Assembly (NCBI GenBank): GCA_951406725.2
Contig: OX597833.1
Span: 61,938,001-62,002,000 of the forward strand
Direction: 5' to 3'
Origin: Octopus vulgaris
Lineage: Eukaryota
Length of the DNA stretch: 64,000 nt
The notes beneath the pieces were generated by a model, which had not been told where the DNA came from, ran no database searches, and saw nothing but the letters and a program-made list of their open reading frames with translations. Shown here piece after piece: positions 27,184 through 41,700 of this stretch (its first letter is position 1; every line of letters starts with the position of its first letter). Both the position numbers and the translations under genes were made by a program.

Positions 27184-28792
27184 CATATATACGACGGGTT
27201 TCTTTCAGTTTCCGTCTACCAAATCCACTCACAAGGCATTGGTCGGCCCGGGGCTATAGCAGAAGACACTTGCCCAAGATGCCACGCAGTGGGACTGAAC
27301 CCAGAACCATGTGGTTGGTAAGCAAGCTACTTACCACACAGCCACTCCTGCGCCTAGATGATGATGATGACATCAAAGACATATGTAATGTGCTGTTACA
27401 TGTTGGACAGGTAACATTAGAAGGAATTAATGGTACAACTCACCCTGTAAACCCTTTCAGGTATTCTCTTTGGGTATCATTTGAGGCTTTGATAGCATGC
27501 GATAACACCTGAAATAAACAAACATATTTTATATAAATATCCACACTGACATACAAAATATTAAATCTATAGACACACACACACACACATAAATAGTGCT
27601 AAGCATTTTGTCCAGTGGACAAATGATTCTGCTAGCTTGCCACCTTAATAATAATAATGACTTCAAATTCTGACACAATGCCAGCAATTTTAGGGGAGGG
27701 GGTAAGTTGATTACATTGACCCCAGTGCTCAACTGGTACTTATTTTATTGACCCTGAAAGGATGAAAGGCCAAGCTGACCTGACTTGACAGCATTCACCC
27801 GGGGTGGGTTGAGCTGGCTTCATTTATCCTCAATGCTGCATCTCTCACAAACACCGACCAGGCCTGGCGATTTGAGGCTAACGACGGCGTGATCACCAAC
27901 CACTCCTTATTCCAGCGGCGAACGCCGTAGATATGGGGGCCTAGGTTGGGTTCCAGATCAGCCTTGACAGTCATCCGTTGTCCACCACATCGCTTTCGCC
28001 AACCTTGGAGGGGGAGCTGCAGCAATTGCTTCGTAGATGAATTCTCCTGGCTGACGACGGAGGGTATGACCCAGCCAACGCAGACGTCTCGTTAGGATGA
28101 CTTGTCGGAAGGAGATGATTCTGCACTGGTGTTGCACCGAATTGTTGGAGACATTACAACATTACAAGCTGACCTCAGCAGAGTTTGAACTCAGAATATA
28201 AAGATAGATGAAATGCCGCTAAGCATCTTGTTCAACATGCTAATGATTCTGCCAGCTCACAGCCTTCACCTTAATAATAATAATAATTCTTTCTACTATA
28301 GGCAAAAGACCTGAAATTTGTGGGGAAGGGGATAGTCGATTACATCGATCCCCAGTATGCAACTGGTACTTATTTCATCAACCCTAAAAGGATGAAAGGC
28401 AAGGTCGAACTCAGCGGAATTTGTTTCTAAATATAGCACAGGGACTGAAATTTTGAAGGAAGGGAGTCAGTATATTACATCGACCTCAATGCTCGACTGG
28501 TACTTATTTTTATTGACCCCAAAAGGATGTAAAGCAAAGTCAACCTTGGCGGAATTTGAACTCAAAATGAAAAGCTAGAAAAAAATGCAACAAAGCATTT
28601 CACTCAGTAAGCTAATAATTCAACCAGCTTGCTGCTGTAACAATAACATTAAGAACAACAACAACAACAATAAAAATAATAACAATGATAATAATAATAA
28701 GAAGAAGAAGAAGAAGAAGAAGAAGAGGAGGAGGAGGAGGAGGAGGAGGGGGAGAAGAAGAAGAAGAAGAAGAAAGGAAGGAAGAAAGGAAG

Positions 28793-28827
<35 letters not shown>

Positions 28828-28847
28828 AGAAAGAAAGAAAGAGAGAG

Positions 28848-28878
<31 letters not shown>

Positions 28879-29432
28879 AAGAAAGAAAGGAAGGAAGAAA
28901 GAGAAGAGCAGCAGCAACAGCAACAACAACAATTGAAGCAGAAGATAAACACCAAGCAAATTAAAGCTCGTAAACTTACAGATAGAAGGAACTCTGCTCC
29001 TTTCTGTCCTTCACTTCGCATCTCATCCATAAATGCTGATATCACCACCTTTCCATCCATGACCTCTGACACAATGTTACAGGCATTCACTTGGAAACTC
29101 AGCATGCTGATATCACTGACATAGACAGAGAGATAAATAATAATAATAAGTAGATAAACAGATGTATAAATACATATAAATAAATTGTGGACTACCCCTT
29201 GGAGATTACAGGTGAGGGTTCGGCAGACTTCTTGCTGAGCAACTCACAAAGATGATTTGTTTATAGTGATCAAATGCTTGTGCTGGACAAATTGGCATTG
29301 CCTGTACAGATGTACAGTGTGACACGTCAGATGGCAAAAGTGATCACAGAGCAACACTTGGTATGGGAATTGAAACTATGATCTCATAACCATAAGTGCA
29401 ACACCCTAACCTCTAAGCCATATACCCTTACT

Positions 29433-29465
<33 letters not shown>

Positions 29466-30712
29466 CGGGAAGGTTTACGAAAATAGATAAAAGACGAAGG
29501 CAGGTGGAGTACAAACAAACAAATGTATTAGTATGGCGCTCAGGAATAGAAATAGAACAAGTCTTTTACGTTTCGAGCCTACGCTCTTTGACAGAAGGAT
29601 ACACAGAAAAGAAACAAGGAGAGAAACAAGGAGAGAAAAAAAATGCGTGTAGGAGCTAACGCTCTATCATGGCGTCCAGACTTCGGACTTTCTGTCCTTC
29701 ACTTCACATCTCATCCAAATATGCTGATATCACCACCTTTCCATCCATGACCTCTGACACAATGTTACAGGCATATAATCAAAGTAAGCAACAAGAATAT
29801 CTTCCACCCCATGGATTTATATGGATAAATACCATACAAAATTCTGGGGCATCTGACTTAAGTACCATATTCATTTGAATATGAGATAGACTAAAGACTA
29901 AGAATAAATGAGAATATTCTTTTGCAGGTTTGGGTCATTCTGGAGCAGTACAGTCAAAGGTATAATTGATGATGTGATTGCATTGACCCGAAGCTCATAG
30001 CCTGGTATTTATTCTGTTGACCCTGGAAAGGAAATAGGTGAAGCTGACCTTGGTAGGAATCAAATTCAGAACATAAAACGACATAATACCACAAGGTATT
30101 TTGTTCAAAGGTCTACCAATTCTGCCAAACAATAAAAGACATAAGCATTATATATGACAAAAGACATTCTTTATACCAGAACATACCTTACTGGTTTCCG
30201 ACTGATTTCTTCAAATAATTGGTGACGGTATTCTTTAGAAAGTTCTTTTTTAATATTGTCCTCCATGAGAATATCAATTAAACCCTGTTAAATAAGAGAA
30301 ATATTATATACATGTGTGTGTGTGTGTGTGTGTATAAGGTTTGATATTGTACAAAATACAAAGAGAGGGATACTGCCCATGAGGGGCTACACACAGAGGG
30401 GGACAAACAAGTGCAGACAAAAGGATTAAGTCGATTACATCGACCCCAGTGCGTAACTGGTACTTAATTTATTGACTCCGAAAGGATGAAAAGTAAAGTC
30501 GATCTTGGTGGAATTTGAACTCAGAATGTAGAGATAGATGAAATACCCGCTAAGCATTTCGCCTGGTGTGCTAATGTTTCTGCCAGCTCCCCACCTCAGG
30601 GAAAGGTGAGGGAACAACAGACAACGTGTATTAGTTTGATGCTCAGGAAAAATGGAAGTGTCTTAGATGTTTTGAGCCTAAGCTCTTCTACGGAAAGGAA
30701 TGAGGAGCATAA

Positions 30713-30749
<37 letters not shown>

Positions 30750-31025
30750 GGAGGTGCAATGGACCGGTGGTTAGGGTAGCGGACTTGCGGTCATAGGATC
30801 GCGGTTTCGATTCCCAGACTGGGCGTTGTGAGTGTTTATTGAGCGAAAACACCTAAAGCTCCACAAGGCTCCGGCAGGGGGTGGTGGCGATCCCTGCTGT
30901 ACTCTTTTGCCACAACTTTCTCTCACTCTTTCTTCTGTTGGCCTGCTCGCTAAAAATAGCCAGACGGGTGGCATCATTTGACCAGCGATGTATAACAACA
31001 TCTGATTGCCTGGTCGGTCACGGTG

Positions 31026-31056
<31 letters not shown>

Positions 31057-31354
31057 GTATTATGAGCATTTAGAGAATACATATCCTATATAAACTCAAC
31101 AAACAATTAAAGATGGAGAAGAGAAGGTGTTAAAAGTTTTAAAAAATTTTAATCCGTGCATACAATCGTTTCAAATGGTAACACCTACATGTAAGAAAAC
31201 ATGGAAGAGATTAAATTAATTTAATTACATATTACCATTCTCCTCAGATGTGTGTGTATATATACACACACAGACAAACTACGTATGACAACAAAAGAGG
31301 TAGACCTCAATATCATTGGAAATTGATACTTATATCATTCAACAAATATATATA

Positions 31355-31394
<40 letters not shown>

Positions 31395-31726
31395 TCTTAC
31401 CTCATAGTTTTTGGTTTTTGATTCTTCTGCTCTTTCAAAATGAGACAGGGTGTATGAAGAAGGCAACGAGACGGACAACATGTTGCGGCAGGCGACCAGA
31501 TAGCCTCTCAGATGTTCATCGTTCACTCGGCAGTAGTAACCTCGCTGCAACAGACAATTGGACATCCACAGATGGAATTACAAATATGAACCGACAGATA
31601 CATGTTATGACATACTTGTATATTACTACGGCACTCTAGTGTAAAGTTTGAATGAAATCATTTGGGGAGTTCTCGAGTTTTAGTGATACACACATACAGA
31701 CACATAGACAGGCAGACATTCTCAGT

Positions 31727-31776
<50 letters not shown>

Positions 31777-32663
31777 GACCAATTTTAAATACTATTGGAA
31801 CTTACACACAAGGTACATGAATCTTATATGTATATCATTCTGCTTAAATAAGTGTTTTAGTGATACACACATACAGACACATAGACAGACATTCTCAGTT
31901 ATATATATATACAAATAAGAAAATGGAGAAACATATTTAGTTTCTTCATCAACTTTCGGATATTATAATGTTGGATTATTGTTAAATGAATAAATAATCC
32001 AACATTCTAATATCCGAAAGTTGATGAACGAGATGAATTTGTTTCTCCATTTTCTTATTTGTATTATAAATTTACGGTAAAAATATTTCTTTACCTTCAC
32101 CCGTTTAATACAATAAATGAATTAATTGCATTGCAATTAAAAACATTTATGTATTAAGAATCTGGGTACTTTACCAACAGTATATTGGATAATTGATATC
32201 CCATAGTGGGTTACATTCATAACCTCTATCTTACTTTGTTACTATATATATATATTGTGCACTCCTCTATCACACTCTAATCTTTTATCAGCTGACACAA
32301 GATCACCTCCGATGTCACATCCCCTCTCAAAGGGTCATTGTCTTGCAAGTTAATTGGTGACCCTGCTAGTGCTGGTGCCACATAAAATGCATCCAGCCCA
32401 CACTGTAAAGTGGTTGGCATTTGGAAGAGCATTCAGCTGTAAAAAAACCATGCCAAAACTGACCTCACCTGTGCTGGTGCCACATAAAAAGTACTCTGTC
32501 CACCCTGCTGGGTGGTTGGTGTTAGGAAGAGCATCCAACTGTAAAAACCATGCCAAAACAGACAGCAAAGCATGGTGCAGCCTTCTTCCTAGCCAGCTCC
32601 TGTCAAACCATCCAACCCATGCCAGCATGGAAAGCAGACATTAAATGATGATTATGATGATGA

Positions 32664-32706
<43 letters not shown>

Positions 32707-35700
32707 TAAAAGGGTAAAAGTCCTTCCCAAGTCATATAGACTCATACAGACGGTCTCCTGGTTCCCGTTGGGTGAGATGCCAGTCTGTTGCAGAAATAAT
32801 CATTTTCGCCAGCTGAATGAACTGGAGCAACGTGGAATGAAATGTTTTGCTCAAGAACACAATGTATCACCCAGCCCAGGAATTGAAACCACAATCTTAC
32901 AGTCACGAGTCTAACACCATAACCACTAAGCCATGCGCCTCCACACACACACAGAAAGTACAATAGATATACATACATATTGATAACACAACATATATAT
33001 ACATAAATAAATATACATATTGATAATAAATCAGACATAATCATCATCATCATTGTCTAGCAACTATTGTCCATGCTGGCATGGGTTGGACGGCCTGAGG
33101 AGCTGCGCCAGACTCCATTCTGATTTGGCATGGTTTCTACTGCTTGATGCCCTTCCTAACATGCCAACCACTTTACAGAGTGTGCTAGGTGCTTTTATGT
33201 GGCACCACACAGGTGCTTTTACATGGCATCATGGAACAGAATGCATGCCAAAGAATTGCAGGGTGATAGAATTGGTTGAAATCTTCTGAAGCAGTGCCCC
33301 AGCATGGCCACATTCCAATGATTGAAACAAGTAAAAGAATTAAAGGACATACTCACTGGTACAAAAGATTCTTCTGTGATCTTGAACATTTCATATGCTT
33401 CAGAATATTCTTCTAACTGGAAAAAGTACATCCCCAAAGAATAGGACACCTGAAAAACATTGCATAAACCATTTAAAAAATATGTTTTCTACATTACTTT
33501 GACAGAGTTGTGACAAGATATTAGGCATAGGAGTGGCTGTGTGGTAAGTAGCTTGCTTACCAACCACATCGCTCTGGGTTCAGTTCCACTGCATGGCACC
33601 TTGGGCAAGTGTTTTCTGCTATAGCCTCGGGCCGACCAAAGCCTTGTGAGTGGATTTGGTAGACGGAAACTGAAAGAAGCCTGTCGTATATATGTATATA
33701 TATATGTGTGTGTGTGTTTGTGCATCTGTGTTTGTCCCCCCAACATCGCTTGACAACCGATGCTGGTGTGTTTACGTCCCCGTAACTTAGCGGTTCGGCA
33801 AAAGAGACTGATAGAATAAGTACTAGGCTTACAAAGAATAAGTCCTGGGGTCGATTTGCTCGACTAAAGGTGGTGCTCCAGCATGGTCGCAGTCAAATGA
33901 CTGAAACAAGTAAAAGAGAGTACCCAGTTAGATTATCACCCTGGCATGGCTGTGACTAGAAATTGGAATGTATATCTACTTCTGAGAATATTGTCCAAGT
34001 GAGTGTTGGTGATGATGTGGCATCTGTCAGAATTGAACCATCAGATTACAACTTAGAATATTCAGCTCTGGAAGAGGATAATGACTGGAAGGAGAAAGAT
34101 CCCACTTTAGTTCAGGTAAGAACAAAAGTGGAAGAACCTGCAGAGACTTTCTTAGAATCTTGGAAAGATACTCTGTCAGATCCTCTCCAAGATGCATTTT
34201 GAGTACTGAAGACCAAACACCTTATGATGTAAAACCCAAAGACCAAAATCTCGGTATAGACTCATAAGGGCTGGTTTTCTGGTTTCCATGGCATACGTGC
34301 TCCCCACCTGAACAGGACACCAGTCTGTTGCAGGGTTATTCCTTTTTGCCAGCTGAGTGGACTGGGGCAACGTAAGACGAAGTGTTTTGTTCAAGAACAC
34401 AACACATCGCCCGGTCCAGGAATCGAAACCACAATCATACAATCATGAGTCTAACACACTAACCACTAGGGGTTATATTAGGGTACCAGTTACGTTATCA
34501 ACCTGGCATGACTGTGACTAGATATTTAAGGTACCCAGTTATCACCCTGGCATGGCTGTGACTAGAATGTTTTTTTTACCCCTTCTCAAGTCATAGACTC
34601 ATAAGGGCTGGTTTTCTGGTTTCCATGGCATACGTGCTCTCCACCTGAACAGGACACCAGACCATTGCAGGGTTATTCATTTTTGCCAGCTGAGTGGACT
34701 GGAGCAACATAAAACGAAGAGTTTTGTTCAAGAACACAACATAGGCGCAGGAGTGGCTGTGTGGTAAGTAGCTTGCTAACCAACCACATGGTTCCAGGTT
34801 CAGTCCCACTGCGTGGCATCTTGGGCAAGTGTCTTCTGCTATAGCCCCGGGCCAACCAATGCCCTGTGAGTGGATTTGGTAGACGGAAACTGAAAGAAGC
34901 CTGTCGTATATATGTATATATATATATATATATATGTGTGTATGTTTGTGTGTCTGTGTTTGTCCCTCTAGCATTGCTTGACAACCGATGCTGGTGTGTT
35001 TATGTCCCCATCACTTAGCGGTTCGGCAAAAGAGACCGATAGAATAAGTACTGCGCTTACAAAAGAATAAGTCCCGGGGTCAAGTTGCTCGATTAAAGGC
35101 GGTGCTCCAGCATGGCCGCAGTCAAATGACTGAAACAAGTAAAAGAGTAAAATAGAGAAAAGAGAGTATCATCCGGTCCAAGGATCGACACCACAATCTT
35201 ACAATCATGAGTCCAACAAACTAACCACTAGGATACCAGTTAGGTTATCACCCTGGCATGACTGTGACTAAATATTAGGGTACTCAGTTAGAAAACAGGA
35301 GTTGGATAAAGGTGGCTTCAATAACATAAAATTCAACACTGAAGGATAATATAAAGGAGACAACACTTAAGTGGAATATTCCATTTTCTACTACAAAATA
35401 TCATCTTAACTGGATATCTGTGCTGTGTCAATTACTGTAGCAATTTGAAGAGAAATTCATCAACTAAACTAATTACCTGAGTTTTAAATTCATTCACCGA
35501 AACATTGACACAGTGATCGGAAACATTCTCCAATGGATCAGTATTTTCAGTGGGAATTGAAAAATACGATAATGTTGGAACTTTAATATTCCGACAACAC
35601 TGAAGAAATGTCTGCAGATTTTCAACAGAACTTTTTATTTGATCTTTCAACTGGAAAAAAAAGAGGCGAAAATAAACATAACTCAAAATAAAGAACAACA

Positions 35701-38700
35701 TAAGAAAATGTAATAAAGGTAATTTTAAAATGTAGTTAACATGTAATTGGGAAATGTAACAAAAAGTAATTAAAAAGAGGAAGTGATATTAATTAAATGT
35801 GTACATTTGTCATTGTTTATGAGATTCTAGATTTTAGAACTAATTAACTTTATCACCTGTGCCGGCGGCACACTTCACTGGCACCTATAAAAAGATTCGA
35901 GTGAGGTCGTTGCCAGTACCACCTGACTGGCGCCCGTGCTGGTGACACGTAAAAAGCACCCACTACACTCTCGAAGTGGTTGGTGTTAGGAAGGGCGTCT
36001 AGCTGTAGAAACTCTGCCAGATCAAGATTGGAGCCTGGTGCAGCCATCTGGTTCGCCAGCCCTCAGTCAAAATCGTCCAACCCATGCTAGCATGGAAAGC
36101 GGACGTTAAACGATGATGATGATGAAAGATCTAATATTTACATCTACACATATATATGCACACACATGGATATACATACAAATATACACACATATTTACA
36201 TACATACATATCAGGCAAGGTTGTATGGTAAGAATCAACAACATGGTTCTGGGTTCAGTCCTACTGTGTGGCACCTTGGGCAAGTGTCTTCTGCTATAGC
36301 CTCAGGATGACCAATGCCTTGTAAATAGGTTTGATAGACAGAAACTGAAAGAAGCCCATTGTGTGCGTGTGTCTTTGTGTCTGTGTACCCCCCCATCGCT
36401 TGACAACTGGTGTTGGTGTGTTTATATCCCGTGACATAGTGGTTTGGCAATAGGCTAAGTAGGAAGCTTTAGAAAATAAGTTCTGGGGTTGATTCGGTTG
36501 ACTAAAATTCCATCAAGGTGGTGCCCCAGCATGGCCACAGTCTAATGACTGAAACAAGTAATATATAAAAGACACACACACACACACACAATCAATACAG
36601 CATCAATATTTCAAAAAGTAACGGAGATGGTGATCATGGAATAGAGGAATGCCTGACTTACAAGTCGAATTAGAGATTCATTGATACCTGCCAAGGTAAA
36701 CATAGTTTCTTGTACTCCAGGTCTGCAGAAATGAAAAAAGAAAAAAAAAAGTTAAAACCCACGTCAGCAGCCATTTTCTTGTTCATATTAAAACAGGTCA
36801 TACAGTGCATACAGGGTGCTTTTTATTTCATGCCACTGAAACAAGTGAGGTCACCAAGTTGCAAGACAGGAAAAAAAAAACAGGAAAGAGAAAAGCCCCC
36901 ATGACTAAGTGGGGAGGGTGCTATTAGAAAGGGGTCAGGTACTGAGAGACTAAAATATGATAGAAGAGCCAGAAGAGGTGTTATGCAATAGAGGAGATAC
37001 ACGGCTTCTCCACATTAAAAGGGTGAATAGTTGGTTGGTTGGCATCCTTTTTGTCTCAGGAGACAATGGAGTTGCGCATAAAATAGTCTAGTCCAGCTTT
37101 TACACTTCATGTCCTAATACATTTCCTGCTGTGGCTGTGTAGTCCTATCCTGGACAAACACTCCCTCTGGCAGGTGCCGCAAATGTAATAGTGAATAGTA
37201 ATAGTGTAAATATATGTGATTGCTGTTAGTCTTTCCTGAAATCAGTTTGAGACCGTTTAGAAAAGAAACACTTACACAGATACAAAACTTGTCTTTTGTG
37301 GACGGTTGGGAAAAGTATCCATAACAACTGTTTCGATACTCCTGGAAAAAAAAGAGTAATAATTAGATAAACATATGCATTTATATATATATATACACAC
37401 TCAAACACGTGTGTGTGTGTATGTATACTTACTTTACTTACTTTACTTTTACTTGTTTCAGTCATTTGACTGTGGCCATGCTAGCACTGCTTGACAACCG
37501 ATGCTGGTGTGTTTACGTCCCCATCACTAAGCGGTTCGGCAAAAGAGACCGATAGAATAAGTACTGGGCTTACAAAAGAAAAAGTCCCGGGACGATTTGC
37601 TCGACTAAAGGCGGTGCTCCAGCATGGCCGCAGTCAAATGACTGAAACAAGTAAAAGAATAAAATAAAGAATAATAAAAATATAATTCTTTGTGGAATAT
37701 TATAGACAAGGGGTAAAAAGGATTTGTGTTCCAAAAACGTATGTATGTATAAGATATTTACCATCTGTGAAACAGCTGCATGGAAAACGCAGCCTCATCA
37801 CTCAAATTGTCATAATCCTGAACTGTATTAACTTTCTCGATGCTTCCACTCCCCACACAGGTCCGCACCAGTTCAAGCAGCAAGGTCTGGGTCATGGTTA
37901 ATGGGAGGCTGTAAAGAAAAAAGGAACAAAAAGGACAAACACAGAGACATTATAGAAACCACCAGTGAAACATATATTATTATTGAAATTATATATAAAA
38001 AAACAAAAAAACAAAATGGGACAAGAACGCAAAACACACAAAAAACGGATGGGTCATTCGAAGCCTCTAATCTTCAGTCAGGAACCGGATCATCCTAGAT
38101 TAGAGGCTTCGAATGACCCATCTGTTTTTTGTGTCGTCTCTGTGTGTTCAGTCCTCTTGCATGCAACCTTGTGCAAGTGTCTTCTACTATAGCCCTGGTG
38201 TATTTAGAAGACAGAAACTGAAACGAAAGACAATTGTATATATTTATGTGTCTGTGAGTCCTTGTTTTGGCATCATGCTTGTACATGAGTGTCGATGTCA
38301 TACAAGCAAGATCTTTCATTTCTATGGACAACCAAAACCTTACGAGTGAATAAAAATTATATAAAAAAAACCAAAAAAAACCCAAAATGGGACAAGAACG
38401 CAAAACACACAAAGAGATGACACAAAAAACGGACGGGTCATTCGAAGCCTCTAATCTTCAGTCAGGAACCGGATCATCCTAGATTAGAGGCTTCGAATGA
38501 CCCATCCGTTTTTTGTGTCGTCTCTTTGTGTGTTTTGCGTTGTTGTCCCATTTTGGTTTTTTTTGGGGTTTTTTATATATAATTTTTAAACATATATTAT
38601 TGCGGTGTAACGTACACCTTGTTCTCTTATGTATGTATTATTATTGAAGATGGTTTTCATAGAACAATGAGAGCCTTATGTTCTCACTAAAGCTTCTAGA

Positions 38701-41700
38701 AATAGCAGCTAAGTCATACTATAATAGCATTTTGGAAAGAGTAATTAGGGGCCTGTAATAAAGACAGAAGAAGCTACAAAAGAAACACAGTTTTGATACA
38801 GACCTTTTACTTAAAACTTCCAAATCCCACTTAAGAAATGCAGCAACTTTCAGAGCAAGAATCTTCAAGGCTTTGACCTTTTTGTTAAACCCTGGCATCT
38901 TTATTTCTGGTAGCAGAAAATAAAACAGAAGACCATATCAGAAAGCATTTGACAATTTATATTTCTACATTCAATACTATATGACTGACTCTCTTAATAT
39001 CCGTTAACGTTCAGATTAATCCACCAAATGCAAAGCTTATATATTCACATTGTTTTGAATTAATCGTGTATTGTCTTACAGCTGTGAGATTTCAGTGGTT
39101 GATGCCAGTGCCCCCTGATTGGCTCCCATAGCATGTAAAAAGCACCCACTAAACTCTTGGAGTGGTTGGCGTCAGGAAGGGCATCCAGCCGTAGAAACAT
39201 TGCCAGATCAGATTGGAGCCCGGTGCAACCCACTGGCTTGCCAGAACTCAGTCAAACCGTCCAACCCATGCCAGCATGGAAAGTGGACATTAACGATGAT
39301 GATGATTATTTTTAGAATGACATTGTCGGGTAGATATAAGAGGCTAGATCTGGCCAGTTTGAATATAAAACAAGGGGAATATTTGGGCCTCATATGGCCG
39401 GTTTAAATGCTAAAGGATTAAGGCATGGCTTTGTGGTAAAAAGTTTACTTCCCAACCATGAGGTCTCAGGTTCAGTCCTCCTGCATGCAACCTTGTGCAA
39501 GTGTCTTCTACTTTAGCCCTGGTGTATTTAGAAGACAGAAACTGAAACGAAAGACAATTGTATGCATGTATATTTATGGAAATTGTAGTTGTGATACTCG
39601 TGCCAGGGGCACATAAAAAGCACCATCCGAATGTGGGCTATGCCAGTGCCATCTTGACTGGCTCCCGTGCTAGTGGAACATAAAAAGCACCAAACTGATC
39701 ATGGCTGTTGCCAGCCCCCTCTGGCACCCACTACGTTCATGGAGTGGTTGGCATTAGGAAGGGCATCCAGCTGTAGAAACGCTGCCAGATCAGACTGGAG
39801 CCTGGTGCAGCCATCTGGATCACCAGAGTCCAGTCGAACTGTTCAACCCATGCTAGCATGGAAAGCGGACGTTAAACACTGATAATAATGATTATGTGTC
39901 TGTGAGTCCTTGTTTTGGCATCACACTTGTATATGAGTGTCGATGTCATACAAGCAAGATCTTTCATTTCTATGGACAACCAAAACCTTATGAGTGAATT
40001 TGGTAGAGAGATATTGAAAGGAGCCCATCGTATATATGTGTGTGTATGTAAATGTGTATTACTGTCTCCTTGCTTCAACTTCATGTGATAATAGTAAACA
40101 AACGTAACCGCTATGCAGTCAGTATGTTTCGTTTCCAATCTTCTGTGGAAATATGTCTGGTATTTGGGAACATTACCTTACTTGGAAACAGGAAGGAGAT
40201 CTGGCTGGAGAAAATCCACATTGATAAATTGCATCCAACCCATGTAACTACAGGAAATGTGGATGCACATGGCCTAGTGGTTAGAGCAGTGAACTCACGG
40301 TCAAGGGATCGCAGGTTCGAATCTCAGTCTGGGCGATGTGTGTGTTTATGAGCGAAAACACCTAAGCTCCACGCAGCTCCAGCAGAAGGTAATGGTGAAC
40401 TTCTGCTGACTCTTTCGCCACAACTTTCTCTCACTCTTTCCTCCTGCATTTTGCAGCTCACCTGCGACGGACCAGCGTCTCGTCCAGGTGGGGAACCTAT
40501 ACGCCAGGAAACCAGCCTTTATGAGCAAGGCATGGCTCGAGAAGGAACAAACAACTATGGGAAATGGACATTAAAATGATGATGATGATATTTCTAGTGT
40601 TGGTAAAGATTTTGTGATTTTAAGATTAAACACAGAAAAAGAAAATGTGTTTGATGACTTACCTGGAATATCTTCTGATTTGATGTCAGCAGATCCTGTA
40701 TGGTTGTTACTCAATTCCGAATTGGTTTTATTGTGAGTAGGGAGAGCAGCATTGCTGTGAGTTTCAGCCTGTTGCATGAAAAGGACTATCATTTGTCCTG
40801 GGGTTGGATCTTTAAAAGAAAATGGAAACGGTTGAAGAAACTGGGAGAAGTGAAGAACTCAACAACGTCAACATGGTAATAATTCTTTCTTCTATAGCAC
40901 AAGGCATGAAATTTGTGGGGAGGGACTAAGTCGATTACATCGATTCCAGTGCTCAACTGGTACTTACTTCATCGATCCTGAAAGGATGAAAGGCTAAGTC
41001 GACCTCGCCGGGATTTGAACTCAGAACATAGAGATGGACGAAGTATCGCTAAGCATTTCGCCCGGCGTGCTAACGTTTCTGCCAGCTCGCCGCCTTATAA
41101 CATGCTAATAATGCCAACATATGGGAATCATGTCAACGTATTTTAGAAATATTACTATATTGAAGCAATAATATCGATATATTAACCAATAATAATAATA
41201 ACATTAACTCATTCATTAAGTCAAATGGTCCAATATATATACCGATTTCATCTTTCACATTTTACTGTACTAGAATTTGTACACCTGCTCAGAGATGATC
41301 TGAGCGATATCACAACATTGATATTGAGTATGGTACCTCTGAAACTGAGTGATATAGTGTGATATTAAAGCAATATTTGGTGATCTCATAACAACGATAT
41401 TGAGTAATATAAGTTGTGGTGCACCTGACAAGTTGGTGCATCTGACAAGTTGTGGTGCACCTGAGCACTGTATACAATAATTTAATTATTATTATTATGA
41501 TATTATTATAACAGGCAATAATATTGGATATCATATGGATATCATAGCAATAAGCTACGTGATATTATAATAGTAACACTGGGTAATATTAAACAAAGCT
41601 ATTGGATGTTATTATAACAATGGTTGTCAGTGATGTGATGGCAAAGAAACTGTGCGGTATTGTGTAAGGTGACCAACGTACCTGGGTTGAGTTCATTCAA

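Noticed and set aside
28585-29124. Long Lys/Arg/Glu and Leu/Phe/Ser ORFs
   Set aside because: Simple-repeat translations; only 28980-29115 on the minus strand is real coding sequence.
38700-38752. Possible INTS8 exon after a TTACAG acceptor
   Set aside because: In-frame stop after about 10 codons and an intron of only about 50 nt; 37762-37908 supplies the homologous sequence.
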